From Podarcis gaigeae (taxonomy: Eukaryota), in assembly GCA_964106915.2 (NCBI GenBank), contig OZ066925.1: DNA of 64,000 nucleotides; one strand, 5' to 3'. Below, one piece after another: positions 11,409 to 24,843 of the stretch. The notes beneath the pieces were generated by a model. That model was not told the DNA's origin. It ran no database searches and saw only the letters and a list, made by a program, of their open reading frames with translations. Positions within the stretch are counted from its first letter, which is position 1; the number at the start of each line of letters is the position of its first letter. Both the position numbers and the translations under genes were made by a program.

Positions 11409-12528
11409 CTGCAGCGAGAAGGGAGAGAGGCCCGCAGGGAAGCGCGCGTCAGAATCGCCCGGGGAAGAGACCTCACGGCCAGGGTAGCCCCCCGCGCTGC
11501 TCGGCTTGCCCGCCGATGGGGAGACGGGGGCGGCCAGGAGCCAGCCGCGCTCGAGGAGCTGCTGCCGGACGCCTCCTCGAGGCTCCCCGGAGGACATTTA
11601 AGCTCCCGTCTCCCCGCTCAAAAACCCCCGGAGAGGCTTGCTTTGAAAGAAAGCCGACGGCTTCTGGGCATGAAGCTGAAAACGCATCCCCGAGCCGAGC
11701 CGAGGAGCAGGAAGGGAGGCTAAAGCCCCGTCCAGATACATCACGGGCTCCTACTGGCGACGGGGAGATGCTTGGCCAACCCCGGAGCCCAATCCAGAGT
11801 TGCTCGGTTTCCAAAGAGTCTACTCCAGGATTTAGCCAAAACGATCCAGATTCAGATCTCTTTCCCCACCCAGCTGTCTGTAAACTTTTTAACGGGGGTT
11901 CTTTTTCCCACGGCAGTTTCCTCCCCCCAAACTCCAACAAAAAACAACAACCCAAGAACCACCCGCCGCCACCTTTCCTGTTCACCCACAGCTAGGAATT
12001 AGATTGAGAGGAAAAGGTTTCACATACCTGCAGGAAATGACGGGCTCAGTGAAATGTTAAAGGAGGGGAAAAACAACAACAACAGGCTGTCGCAATTTTT
12101 TTTAAAAAAAAGGAAGGGGAAAAAACCTCGCAGGGAAAGAGGAGACCGAGCGAGGCAGCTGCTTTTTCCCTCGGAGCAGATAATAGAGGGAGGGAGAGGG
12201 AGAGAGGCCAGTTCTCCGGGGATACAGGAATAGCTCAGCCCAAGCTCTGGACGTGGTTCCTACTAATGCCCTTAAAACCTTTGCCTGCACGCTGACAAAA
12301 AAAACAAAAAAAAAGTGACTGCCCTCTTTCTTCCTCCCCCTCCCCTTTTTCCGCTTTCTTTTCTTTCGAACTCACTTGGACTTAGAGAGAGAAAGGCAAA
12401 AGAGGGGGGGAAATAAAAGCCTCAATAGGAGAGACTGATAGCCCCCGGTCAAGAGAGGGGCTACTTTAACCCTTCTCCAATCGCCAATAAAAAGGACCCA
12501 ATTAAAACAGCAAAGGGGGGGGGGGAGA

Positions 12529-12698
12529 NNNNNNNNNNNNNNNNNNNNNNNNNNNNNNNNNNNNNNNNNNNNNNNNNNNNNNNNNNNNNNNNNNNNNNNN
12601 NNNNNNNNNNNNNNNNNNNNNNNNNNNNNNNNNNNNNNNNNNNNNNNNNNNNNNNNNNNNNNNNNNNNNNNNNNNNNNNNNNNNNNNNNNNNNNNNNN
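12529..12698 (-). other. SP8: N run probably hiding SP8 exon 1 (5' UTR + MATSLLG start)
   Basis: Inference. The MATSLLG-coding exon known from amniote SP8 is not found in the visible sequence, and this 170-nt N run lies directly downstream of the CCAAT/GC-box promoter on the minus strand. Confidence 0.65.
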
Positions 12699-12960
12699 TG
12701 AAGTGCCGCTGAGCCCGCGCCAGCCAATCCGCGCCGCCGACAGCCGCTCCGAGACGTGGCCGCGTGAGGTCATCATCGGCCCCGCCAAGCGCCTTCCGCC
12801 GCCGCCGCCGCCGCTGCAACGAGGCGAGGAGCTCCTTTCCGGGAAGAAAGGCGCGCAGGCAGCCGCAGAGAAACAGAGAGAGAAGCTGCCGGCGGCAAGG
12901 ATGCAGGCGAACGCCAGGGAGGGCGGCGAATGCACAGGCGCGCCTCTCCTCGCCCTCTTC
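12699..12960 (-). promoter_or_regulatory. SP8 proximal promoter
   Basis: CCAAT at 12724-12728, CRE-like TGAGGTCA ~12765, GC box CCCGCC 12781-12786 and a (CCG)n run, all inside the CpG island just upstream of the inferred exon 1. Confidence 0.7.
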
Positions 12961-15900
12961 CCGCTTCAGGTTTTCCTTCCAAAGTGCAACTCTCCACGCA
13001 CCAGTCTCCCTCTTCTTTAAGCGTCGCTCAGTTCATTGCTTGGGGGAGAGCATATTAAACCCCCTCCCCAGGGGTTTCTCTCCCCCCCCATCACCACCAC
13101 CACTTTAGGAAGGCATACATAAATCTGACAGCGCGCGCGCGCTCTAGGAGTTGTGGCTTTAAATTAAAGTGGATTGCTTTAGACTTCCACCAGCAGCCCG
13201 CTCCCTTGCCATTCTCCGGATAAGTCATTTGGGTGGTTCGGAAAACCCCGCATTGGATGGAGGGAGGAACATTCCTTTCCATCCACCCACCGCCGCCCAG
13301 CACCTTTTGGTTATGTAAAGGAAGAGTGTTGTGTAAAACTGCAAAGAGCTGCAGATGTGGTTGAGAAGCCTGCGATAGGATTGCCCCTCTCCAAAGGGCG
13401 GATTAAATCTATTTCAACCCCATACTCTTGCGCCTTCTTTTTTTATATTATTTTTCTTTATTTGCTTTGAGCGCGAGCGTTCCTCTTCTCTCTTTTGTTG
13501 CAAATTTGGGGTGGGGCGGGGAAACCCTCTGGTCTGCTGCTGGAGCGGTTGGCGAAGCGCCTCAGGTGTTGCGCGCAATCGTGTTGCGCGCGGGGTTGTT
13601 GTTTTGCCTTCGGTACAACCATTATTAATTTAGGCAGAAGGGAAAGCACCAGCCGAGTTAAAACGTGCATTGGCGCTTCGCCCTGTCCCAATATTGATTT
13701 CAAGGTAGGAGAGGTTAATGCCAATATTAGTAAAGAGAACCGGGTTGTTTTGACTTGAGGATGTGTTTGCCTTGGACGTCCCCGCGTCCTTAGATCAGCT
13801 TTGTAGCCGAGATCCCTAACATTGGTGTAAGACTAATGTGGCAAATTCTCTTTTTTCCTCCCCAAAGGCTGGGTGGGGGTGACGGACACCCCTTTCTAAC
13901 GCCCTATGCTTATTGACTGTACATCATATCTATTGATTAAGGGGTAACGCGCATTATCATACTTCGAAGTAAGGAGTGAAGTAAATTAATGAACTGCTTT
14001 CTTTCTCTGAAGGCTGATGGTTACCATAAATGTCGTGTTTCTCTCCGCGAGCTGCTCTGAATGATTTTAGCCTGTTGAGAAGGCGTGACAGGCCAGCCCA
14101 GGAGGAGGAAGGGGTGGGGGAAGGAGGGAACTCCGTTTAACAAATAAAAAAGAATTAACTTCATTGCTTTGGTCTCCTTCTGTAATGATATTCATTTTAA
14201 AGACCTAATGCACACTTGTTTAAATTTCGGATTTAAACTGAATCAATCCTATCCTTGACCCCCCCCTCACCACAAAAGGGGGGCGAGTGCATGTGAAAGA
14301 AAAAGCGTTTTACGGGAGAGCCCCTCACGTATGAATGAATGGCGATTAGCTTTATCTGTTGCCTTTATCCACTGTGCACCAGAAGTGTAACTATTAAGAC
14401 ATATTGGCAGATTCCACCCCCTCCTGAACAAGCAGGCAATACCTTTCCCTCGAAAAAGCAGAGGGTTAGAAGCGCTTGGCGTAAAACGACGGTTTTGCGT
14501 TGCCTCTCCACAGCTTTGGAAACGACAACAAAATTAATTACAGAGCAGAAACTCGTTAGGGGAAGAGGACCAGTGAAAAACTCCTTTTCTTCCTTCTCTG
14601 ATTTTCTTTATGTCTTGGGGATATTTATTCTGACGGAAATGGTTATTTATTTCCAGATGGCTTTAAACATGTTGCTTAGGTAGATGTCTTTTCTTATTTT
14701 ACTTTTTTATTTACTTACTTTCTGATTTACGGTCGGAAAACTATGAGGCGGCATATGCCCAGGTTGGCAAGGATTTGCAAAGGGTGTCGGTGGAACTATT
14801 CCAAACATACGGTCGGGAGCTAGAATTTGGGGGGGGGGAGCAAAACTCCACCGTATCCTGGTTCTTTTTGACACCTCCCAAAAAAGTTAGAGAAGGCAAG
14901 CACTCCTGAACTTGGGGGGGGGGGTCGATTTTTATACACTTTTGACCCTCACCCGGTTAACATCTGGCCTTCCCCCTCGTATGTAAATCGCTTGCTAGCT
15001 CCCGGAGCTTGAGGTTTTTATATCGGCCAGCTCACACCTTAGACGGTTGCAGTTCTTATATGAAGAAAGCGTTCAGGTGTCTGGAAGGGCCGGCAACTGG
15101 GGAGGCTATTCCCTCCGCCCTTTCCCCCGCGTGCACCCACAGAAATTAATAAAAACTCGCCACCCACCCACCCCGTGATGCGCAGGGTTTAGAGAGATGC
15201 GGTGCGTTTTTTCTTGCAAACCTGTAGCATCCACCACTCTGGGTTANNNNNNNNNNNNNNNNNNNNNNNNNNNNNNNNNNNNNNNNNNNNNNNNNNNNNN
15301 NNNNNNNNNNNNNNNNNNNNNNNNNNNNNNNNNNNNNNNNNNNNNNNNNNNNNNNNNNNNNNNNNNNNNNNNNNNNNNNNNNNNNNNNNNNNNNNNNNNN
15401 NNNNNNNNNNNNNNNNNNNNNNNNNNNNNNNNNNNNNNNNNNNNNNNNNNATCTGTCTCATCCGTGTCGCTCCCTTTATTACAGTCTATGATGGATAGTC
15501 TCCCAGATTAATTTCTCTGTTTCTTCGATTTGGACAACAGCTTTGGGGACCTAATTTACATCCTGGGAACAACTTGCAGAAGTCTGTCCTCGCCCTCAGC
15601 CTCCTAGCGCGGCTCGGAGAGCCATTAGGAATCCCACCGCTTGAGACGGAACTGGATCGGGGGTGGGGGCGGTTTAGCCGAAGCCCTCCCCAAAACAAAA
15701 GCTCTCTTCCTAGCGGGGCCCTGGCGATCAGGAGATAAATAAAGCAAGAGATACGGCGAGGGAGGTGGGGTGATGTTGTGCGTGTGTGATTCGATTTGAT
15801 CAAATGTAAAGTGGGTGAAACCTGGTCACTTGGCCGAATCGATTCTTGTCAGCGGCCCATCCGCAAAAACCGACGAGTGTTTTTTTTTCCCAAGTGCCAC

Positions 15901-16441
15901 GATCCTTGAGTGACCCTTGCTTTTACGCAGAGGCGTAAACAGCGCAGAGGCGCCAGGATCTCTCGGCAGTGGATCCCCACAGCATGTTTACCTGGGAGCA
16001 AGGCCCGCTAAGCTTAGCACGCGCACCTTAAAGCCAAGGAACCCGTGCTTTCAAGCTGGTTTGTGGAGTTCACACTTGGTCTTTTAATGCGTGAACGGAA
16101 AGGGGAAACAGACAACTTTTAAGTAAGAAGGTTGGGAGGGGCGGGGAGAAGATGTCAAAAGTGTGCCAGCTCCTGAGACAGAAGGCACTCAGGTTTGCCA
16201 ATACGATCGTTGCACGGCTGTTGGCGAGGAAAACCTGCTGTTGTTTTAAGGAGTCCCATTGAGTGAAATGCTCTTTCCCCACCCTTACACACACTCACCT
16301 CAGCGGCAGTTCCTGTTGGTGTTAAGTACGTACTGTGAACGGGGAAACGTATATTAGAGTCTCCGGGGTTTATGGTCCAAGTTTGTCCATCTGATGAGAA
16401 AATATGGATATTTTTTATTGTTTAAAATTGCAGGTTCAGCC

Positions 16442-16443
<2 letters not shown>

Positions 16444-16488
<45 letters not shown>

Positions 16489-16490
16489 AC
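16444..16490. repeat. compound (CT)n(CA)n microsatellite
   Basis: Directly visible. Confidence 0.95.
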
Positions 16491-18858
16491 CATACTGGGT
16501 GTTTGTTGTTGTTGTAACCTGGAAGAAGGCATTTTGTTTTTTTAAAAAACGGGATTGAGTAACGAGCCAGTAAAATGGGAAGTACCAACAAACACCCCAA
16601 CAGCTAAGAGAATAGTCATTTTGTCACTTTGTCGCGATAAGGCAACGATGCAAGGTGAGTGTGTGTGTGTGTGTGTGTGTGGACACCCAAACTGGTGACC
16701 GGTCGTGTTATTACTTTTGCCATTCATCACTTAAAAAAAAAATATCTCGAAAAGCAAGCACATCGATTTCACTTGGCTCACTTGCTTACAGTTTCTCCCA
16801 TTGAATCGATGGGACCCACAGCAACGACAAACGGTGCTTAACTTTGGCTAGATGGAAAAGCTCTTGCTTAATTGTCATCTCCAACTTTCCATTTTCTGCG
16901 GACTTTGTTCAGTACCCAGTTAGCTAAAGCGCTTTTGCCTAATTGCACATCATATCGTGGTCTAAATGCAGCCCAACTCGTGGGTATAGGGGTACAAGCT
17001 GAACCCCCCCATGACATAAACCCACACCATATTGATTTTTAAAAGAGGTGCGCTCATTTCCTGCGCGCACAGCAGGGGTCTTCTCCCTGTCCAAAAATGC
17101 TGCACATTTTCGCACCCTTCCTTAGGCTTTCCTTTTCAATATCTCGGGATCACGTCGTCTTCCCCGGTTTAATTTCAGCTGGGTTGGCTGTTGTTCGACC
17201 TCTTGGACGAACACAAGGGAGGAATGTTGGTGGGCGGGGCGGGGGACAAGAGGGTCACTAACAGAGGAGGTGATGGCCTTTAAAAAACACTGATTGCACT
17301 TCTTTAAAAGAAGAAGAAAGAAGTAGGCACTTTTGCGCCTTTGAAGCAAGTGCGAGGATTGGTTCACTTTTCTTAGGGACAAAGTGTGACTGCCCAGGGA
17401 CCCTCACACTTTGCCACACCCCACGCTCTGAAATGGTGCCGACCTGACTGTAGAAGAGAATCCACGTGAAACACGAGGGGGAGAGAGGTCCACGCTGCTG
17501 CGTACACACGTGTGTGTCCTTGGGGCTTATGCGCGCTGAGCGGAGGGGAGAAGGGGAGGCAACGGGCTGCCTCCTTCCTGATCAAACCAGAAGCGTCCTC
17601 AAAAACCCCCTCCCTGCCCCTGTTTACGCAGCTTCCTTCCTCAGACATCCCCCCCACACACACACCACTTTCACCCTCTTATATCTCACTTTCTTACGGC
17701 ACGGTTAAAACCTACTAAATCCGTCTCCTGCGCGTTATTGATTTTCTTTTGCTGTCTTTCTCTCGCGCGCTGGAGAAGAGACGAGGAGGAGGTCAGCTCT
17801 CCAGATTACACGGCATCTCCTGCAGACGGATTATCCCGCATCGCCTTGGCGAGACCCGCTGACAGTTTGCAATCGCGCTTCCCCCCGAAGATAAATGTGA
17901 CTTGAGAATTGCGCTTAATTGCAAATAATCTGGGAGGGCTGGGGGTGGTAGGTGGCTGCGGCGGCGGCGGGGGTGCCGCTGTTGTTTGGAAACACCCATG
18001 TGTTGGAAAGAGAAGGAACACTTTCACCACTGAGGGGCAGCTCCCTATAAAAAAAAACACACGGGCTGGGTGGGTGTTTGGGTGCGCGTGGAGATGTACC
18101 TGCGGCGTGACCTGGCCACTGCAGTGCGACCTCGTCCTCGCCCCTAGCGCGAATGTGGTCTGATTACGCACGGGGGGGGGGGGGATGCATTAAAAGACAG
18201 GTCGCCACCGCCAGCAGCAGGAGTCACGCTCTGTAAGATTACATAAAAGCAGGAACATGAAACATTTCCGGGGATGGGGAAGGAGAGAGAACAGGCTCCT
18301 CTATCCTGAGATGTGACAACCTGCCCATAAATCCCGGTGATCAAGTGCCAGGAGTCTCAAATAGAGACGCTCCCGCATCACGCCAGCCAGGATCCTCGGG
18401 TCTTTGCAAGCTCCTTTCTCATCCCGAGAATCCCAAGGTCGAGCTTATTGTTTTACCGTCTTCCCCGTAATATAACGGCAACCCCGTTTGCCTCTGGGGC
18501 TCCAGGTTGCCCCCTCGCCCAGCTGAAGCAATTTGGCAAGGAGTGTGCGTTTGCGGTTGGGAGAGAGAGAGAGAGGGAGAGAGTGGCCATCAGGTTATTC
18601 TCTTAGCCTGACCTGGCTTTAAGAGGGAGATGAGCAGCGCTGAACAGATGTCCCCATTTGAGCCATTCTTTTCCCACATGCTTAGTGGAGATTGCCATCG
18701 TTTAGGAAGCTCGCTTCAAACCTGGCCCATTATGGGCAAGTTATTCTGGACCACTGAGCACGAACAAAATGGGCTTCAGATCGCGTGCTTTAGAATAATT
18801 CCAGGCCAGGAAAAGCCAAACCAAAAAAACGCAGGCACAAAACCCCCTCCATTTAAAA

Positions 18859-18860
18859 GT

Positions 18861-18916
<56 letters not shown>
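18859..18916. repeat. compound (GT)n(GA)n microsatellite
   Basis: Directly visible. Confidence 0.95.
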
Positions 18917-18918
<2 letters not shown>

Positions 18919-21900
18919 CATCAGGAAAAACTTATTCAAAGGATCATCCCACCCCCTGCACATACTGCCGCCGCCGCCACCACCATCACCACCATGCCGA
19001 CCCCCCCCCCCCCGATTTCAAATCTCCTCCCTTTACAAATATGGTATAATTTACAGAGCAATTTAATAATCCGAGGGGCACTGCAAAAAAAACACAAGAA
19101 AAAAGGGAGCCCTTTTGCGTTGTAAAAACCTCTTCTAATTACCTGCCAGAGCAATTAGCTGACTATCACGAAGAAATTAGATCGCTCAATGTAGCATAAA
19201 TAATGTGAATAATTTCGTAAGGCGAATGGAAAGCGAGACCTGGCGTTTCTTTATAAGGAAATAACACGTCGTCCTCAACCAGCCCTCCATGAGCACGTAT
19301 TAATGTCTAGGCATGTATGGCAAAGAAACCGGACGTGACCCCCCCCCTCCAGCACAGCAACTCTGGCTCCGATTCAGCGCTCGCTCGCTCTCCATTTACT
19401 GGGGGGGGGGGGGCAGAGAGAGAGAGAGAGAGAGAGAGAGAAGGGGAGAGTGAGAGAGGCAAGTCGGCTTCCAGGCGTTTAGATTCAGAGGCTTCCAGAT
19501 CACAGTAATTAACACAGAGCGACTTCAATAGGAAAACCTGTTTTCCAGATGATTTTTACAATGCGGCTTTATGTCTCGTTTGGCAGTTTTCGAGAGCTGG
19601 AGTAGGTTCCTGGCCGCTTTGCTCGCCTCTCATCTGTTGAGCGGTTTGTGTGTGTATGTGTGTGTTTAAATGCCCAGACCCAAATTTAAGAGATGCATAG
19701 ATATTGTGGCGGAATTTTTCTTTCCCTCTCTTACTGAAGAGAAACACTTGGGGGAGTTTATTTCTCCGACTGGGTGCCATTTATGGTGATGGTGCGTCCC
19801 AGGACAATTCTGTTAGCTGCGTTCCTCTTTGGTTCTGGGATTGTCTTTATCCCATTGGAGGGGGTGTGGTATGCGGGGAGTTCCTCTCCCTTTCTCTGCT
19901 AGGAGGGACTCTCCCCCACTTTTGCCACAGGGCAAAAGAAGAAGAACGCCAAGGACAAAACAACCACCAAAAACTAGACAAGCTTCCAGCATCACATCTA
20001 CACTCACTCCCCCCCCCCAACACACACCCCTCCGATTCGCTTGTATTGCCCCCAAAGCCGTCGATAATCTACACAGAAACCTCAAGAGCACTTTTGCAGA
20101 AAATAATTGACTTTATTTAAAGGCAGAGAGGGTGGACGCTGCAGTGCGTTTGCTCCTTCCTCTTGAACGTATGAATACCCAAATCTAGTGGTGTAAGGAG
20201 GTGGTCTGGGAATTTAGCTGTTCAACGAGAAAATCCCGAAATCTCTCCTTGGCTTAACAAGGAGACTGCAAAATAGGTGTAGGCACGATTTGAAGTTGGC
20301 GGGCTTTCTTTGTCCATTTTATTCGCGCAATTGGACTCTCGCACAGCCGAGCCATGCAAATGAATGGGTCACACTTGCAGATCGGATCCTTTGGTTGGAC
20401 AAAGGCATTAAACACCCTGTGGTGGGTGTCCTATATTTGGAATCACCTGGAAGAAACAGGGGGAAACACAGTTATTTTTAATGCAGTAGGTTGGCTGTTA
20501 AGGTTTAACCGATTAATGGCTTTGGAGAAAACAAAACAATTAAAGATACAGTATCTTAGCAGAGAGGGTATCTCGAAGCCATTGATTTAATAAAGATAAC
20601 AATTACTCTCTAATGCGAACGAATAATTCATTAGATCCTTCCCACCCAGCCTCTTTTCAAAGGCTTCGCCTGAAGGAAGAGAAGCCCATGGTTGATTTCC
20701 AAAAGGCCGTCAGAATATCCTTTTAGCCGGATACAATTCAGGTTCAACAGCAATTCAACATCCACGTTTTTCAGCCTGTGACAAAAACCGTCCATCCATT
20801 CACTCCAGATTGCAATCCTAAATAAAACAACAAAAAATGCACTTTCTCGTGAGTAAGTCTAATTGAACTCAGCGGGGCATAATTAGAATCGGGTTGCACT
20901 CAAGGTAGGTAGAGGGAAAGAGATATCTCTTTATTTATTTGCAACATTTCCTTTTTGTGGGAACGCGCAGGCTGCTGAGCTACACTAAGGTCAGGCAAAA
21001 GCAATTCTGTGTAACTGCAAAGCTTCCATAGGCTTCTGTGCCAACAGAGGCTGAGCCAAAAAAGTGCGCGGGCGAGAGAGAAGGCTTAGCTACAAATTGC
21101 TCAACTGTGCATCTAAACTGCTGCTGTTCCATGATTTCTATAATGCCGCAGCCCTTATCCAGCTCTCTCGGCCTGGCACAAGCCCTGTCCAAAAGGAGCA
21201 AATGCTTAACGATCCCGACTTATCAGTTCATTAGAAACGGCTTGGTAAATCCAGGAAATAAAATTGCCGCGGTCATTTTAGGCCAAATTCGGCAGACCCT
21301 TAATGGAGCGGAACTGGAATTGAATGGGACTGGAGCGCAAGGGGCGTTTTGCTCTGTTAAAGACCACAGCATGCCTTCTACTGAGATTCGGGGATTAAAC
21401 GTCTATTTACCAATGAGATCACGTCGAATCTTTTCAGCTCCGTCGGAGCTAATCCGAAATCGCTCCGTTGGCGTCAACGGGAGTCGCTCCGGAGTTGCTC
21501 CGGAGTCGTGTTCCAAGTTCTGTATTGTGTTGATCCTTAGGTACGTGTATAGTCCTACAAAGCTTGCCCGCATTCGGGTGTTTGTTGATCCTTTCCCTAG
21601 TCTCGGTTACCCTTAAGGGTGTGAAAGCTTTGCAGTGACACAGAACTCTTTTCACCTGCTTCTCTCAGCTGCTAAGCCTGCAACGTTCCTGCATTCATAG
21701 AAGTGCAAATAACAGCACTTTCGACCCCAACTCCTACAACAATGTTAATACTGAGATTCCTGGATGGCAAACAATGGGATTCAACCAGGAGCCTACTGAC
21801 TTCTCCTGCACTTCGGGAGCCTGGAATCCTACCTCATCGCTTTACTTAAAGTGAGAATCGGGCAAAAAAAAAAAAGGCGCGACTGCCTCAGATCTCTCAC

Positions 21901-23999
21901 GCCTGCAATACTTTGCACACTTACTCAGGAGTAAGTTCCACGGAACTTAGTGGGGTTTAATTCTGAGTCACCCTATGTGAGCAGAGATTTCAAAACAAGC
22001 TAATTTGTCCTCCACCACGTGCGCCACTTTCAGTTTATCAAAACAGGATTGTCTTAGATTCAAGTATGCTATTAGACTCATGAACTTAGGGCAACAGCAC
22101 AGTCCTAAACAGGTATACTCGGAAGCAAGTTTCACTTGGTTCAAGGAGACTTCTTCCTTTATGGCAGCCCAAGGCACTCAATGGATCGGACCCCCCTCTG
22201 GGTTTATAACGCGCTATAGGCTCACTTACAATAGCTGCGCAAGCTCTCCAAGTTATATGCAATCGTTGCCTGGCGAATAATTCTTTGAGGCCCTCGAGCT
22301 TGTATATGACTACTATAAGTCCATAGACGTCCTCGAAATCCTGAGCTTTCCTCATCTTTCCAAGAATTTCCACTCCATTCAGGAAAAAAAGCCCCCCTCC
22401 GCGGAATTTATTTATTGCCTACATCAAAGCGCTTTCTCTCTCTCTCTCCCTCTCCCCATGTGTGTGTGACTCTGCTCCCCCCCCCTTTGATCTCGTTTCT
22501 CATCTCCAGCAGGATCGCATTTTCACTTTATTTCGTTTTCAAATTGAGTTGTCTCTTAAACATGCGCACCTGTACAGATAAATGTTATTGGGGGAAGCCA
22601 GTTTGCAGTCTTCAGCGCCATTTGGGCGGACCAGGGGTGGGGAGAGCCCGCGCCTTCAAAGGAGGGGGACCCCAAACTTATTTTGACTGCCATTTTGAGC
22701 CTCAGGGGCAAAGACAAAGCAAGAGCGAAGGATTCCCTGCCCCGACCGCCCCGTTGGGGCTGCCCCGTCCTCGGAAATGTTCTGGGTGGACCGGGGCCCC
22801 CTAATCCCTCGCCCTTGTCTGTCATCGAGCCCCCTGGCCCATTCCTCGGTCAGTCCTGCGCCTCGATTGGCACCCCTAACCCCGGAGCAGGGGGTGGGGG
22901 AGAATCCGTCTTTGCAGAGAGCGAGGATTTCCACAGCAAGATTCCAGCCTATTATCTCGTTTAAAAGTTCACTGGCTCTTTTCATTGGGAGCGTTCATTC
23001 ACGTCAAAGTCGGCAGCCCACACAGAGCAGGCGAAGGAGGAGAGAGGGGACCACCAATCTAATCTCCCTGCCCGTCAGCTCCCGAAAGGTGCTAAGTGGC
23101 TCTGAGGACTGTCAGGGCTCTTTGTAGCCAAGAGCTGCAAAATAAACTATACAGGGCGATCGCTTTCACTGGGCCAAACAGCCCTTGCGCCGGAGCACGC
23201 CGGCTTCTTGCTTACGCAGAGGTGTTCGTCGCACTAGACTGCGTTTTCCATCTCGCGAAGAGGGGACGCAGAGACCCTTAAAAAGGGGGGGAAGCGTTTA
23301 CTTCCAGTGTCATCAGAGTCCAACCCCAGCTATTTTAGAAGGGATGGGACATGATTTGGCTAAAACTGAAGGAAGTCAGGGGCGAGGTTTGTGGATCTCA
23401 ATCCTTATCCTCCCCCCACCCCCCAAAAAATTAAGCAGTTTCCTGCTGAAGAGAAACCCGCTCTCTCCATGACTCATAAATAGTGCCTAGCACCGCCGTG
23501 TTAAAGAGGAGTGGGGGAAATTAAGAGCCATTGACCACAGTCTGAGTGAACCGAAGGATTATTCTGCGCGTTGCTTCTCCTTTACGATTTGCCATTTATA
23601 ACCCTCATTGTTTAAAGGAATGCTTGATGGTTCAGCAGAAGTTAGAACAGATCTCCCCAACACAGAGAGACCAGCTGCCAGCTCCCAAAGAAAGTGATGG
23701 GCAGGCAGACAAAACAAAGTTCTTCACCCAAGAGCGCACAATAAATTTAAGGAACTCGCGGCCACACGAGGGGGTGGGGTGGGCCGGGCCCAGGCATGCA
23801 TAGGTGGTTTCCTTGAAGAGATTAGAGAGCATTCACGGAGGACAGGTTTGCCAGGGCTACTAGCCAAGAGGGCGAGGCAGAATGTCCATGTTCAGATGCA
23901 GTGTATATCTGGAAATCACAAAAGCACTTGGTGCCTTCCTTTCCTGCTTGTGGCGGCCTTCCTGGAGGTAGCCTAGTTGACTACCATAGTACATACAAG

Positions 24000-24190
24000 A
24001 CAGGGAGCCCTTTTGCGGTTGATAAGAACGCAAGGAAAATCTGCTGGATCAGACCAACGGCCTGGATCTAGCCCACAGCGTCCTGTTCTCGCGGTGGCCA
24101 AACAGGGGCAAGTGCGAAACCAGCAAGTAGGATTCAAGCTCTAGAGCCCTCTTCCCTCCTCTGGCTTCCAGCAACTCCTGTTCAGAAGGG
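24000..24190 (-). mobile_element. CR1-like 3' fragment
   Basis: Reverse-complement similarity to the CR1-type 3' region at 44790-44960 and 54860-54950. Confidence 0.5.
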
Positions 24191-24843
24191 TGGGCGGCTG
24201 CCTCCCAGATCTATCAAGCATCTTATGTTTTTAGGTTTGCTCGCTTTTAAGAGACAGGAGAGGGAGAGAACAACCTTCCTTCTTTGCTCCGAGTATGTTT
24301 AGTGCTTCATCACATCTTTCAGTTAGCTTTCTTTGTGTTCAGAATCTACGAATGAAGTTTAAGCTTCAGGGTCCTTAATCCCAGAGGGGCCACAGAAGCA
24401 ACTTTAACTGCTTAAAAATGTTGGATCTAATTTTTTTGTTGTTGTTGTTGTATATATTTCAACCATCCCAAAGTTTGGGAGTCAGTAGCACAGATATGAT
24501 GATCTGTAATGGAACCACCCCTTTGAAGAAGGAAACAGTGGTTACCCAGACCCCGTTGGTACTTGGTGAAGCGCCCCCCCCCCACCTTTCAAGCTCGAGG
24601 ACCTCCCAAAATGTAGATCCGCCACTGGGTGGAGGTGACATTCCCCGAGAGGGCAGTGGTTTGCTGCCCTGTAAACCCCTGATTGGTGAGTGAGAGTTCC
24701 TGCTTTACAGCAGAGATGGAGAACTTGCGGCCTCGAGATATTATCGCCTGGGTTACAAGCCCCATCATGTCTGACCGCTGGCTGTGCTGGCTGGGGCTGA
24801 TGGGAGCTGGAGTCCAGCAACTTCTAGAGGACCACAGCTTCAG

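Larger units (their letters stand above)
9480..13150. promoter_or_regulatory. CpG island covering SP8 body and promoter
   Basis: Very GC- and CpG-rich sequence by inspection. Confidence 0.85.

Noticed and set aside
11409-11597. 63-aa N-terminal extension MSSGEPRGG... in the 541-aa ORF
   Set aside because: It lies upstream of a canonical acceptor at 11408, has a weak ATG context and no resemblance to SP8. It is best explained as open frame through a GC-rich intron.
9760-11995. Long overlapping/antisense ORFs (367, 279, 232, 225 aa etc.)
   Set aside because: Shadow ORFs of a very GC-rich exon: Arg/Ala/Gly low complexity and no domains.
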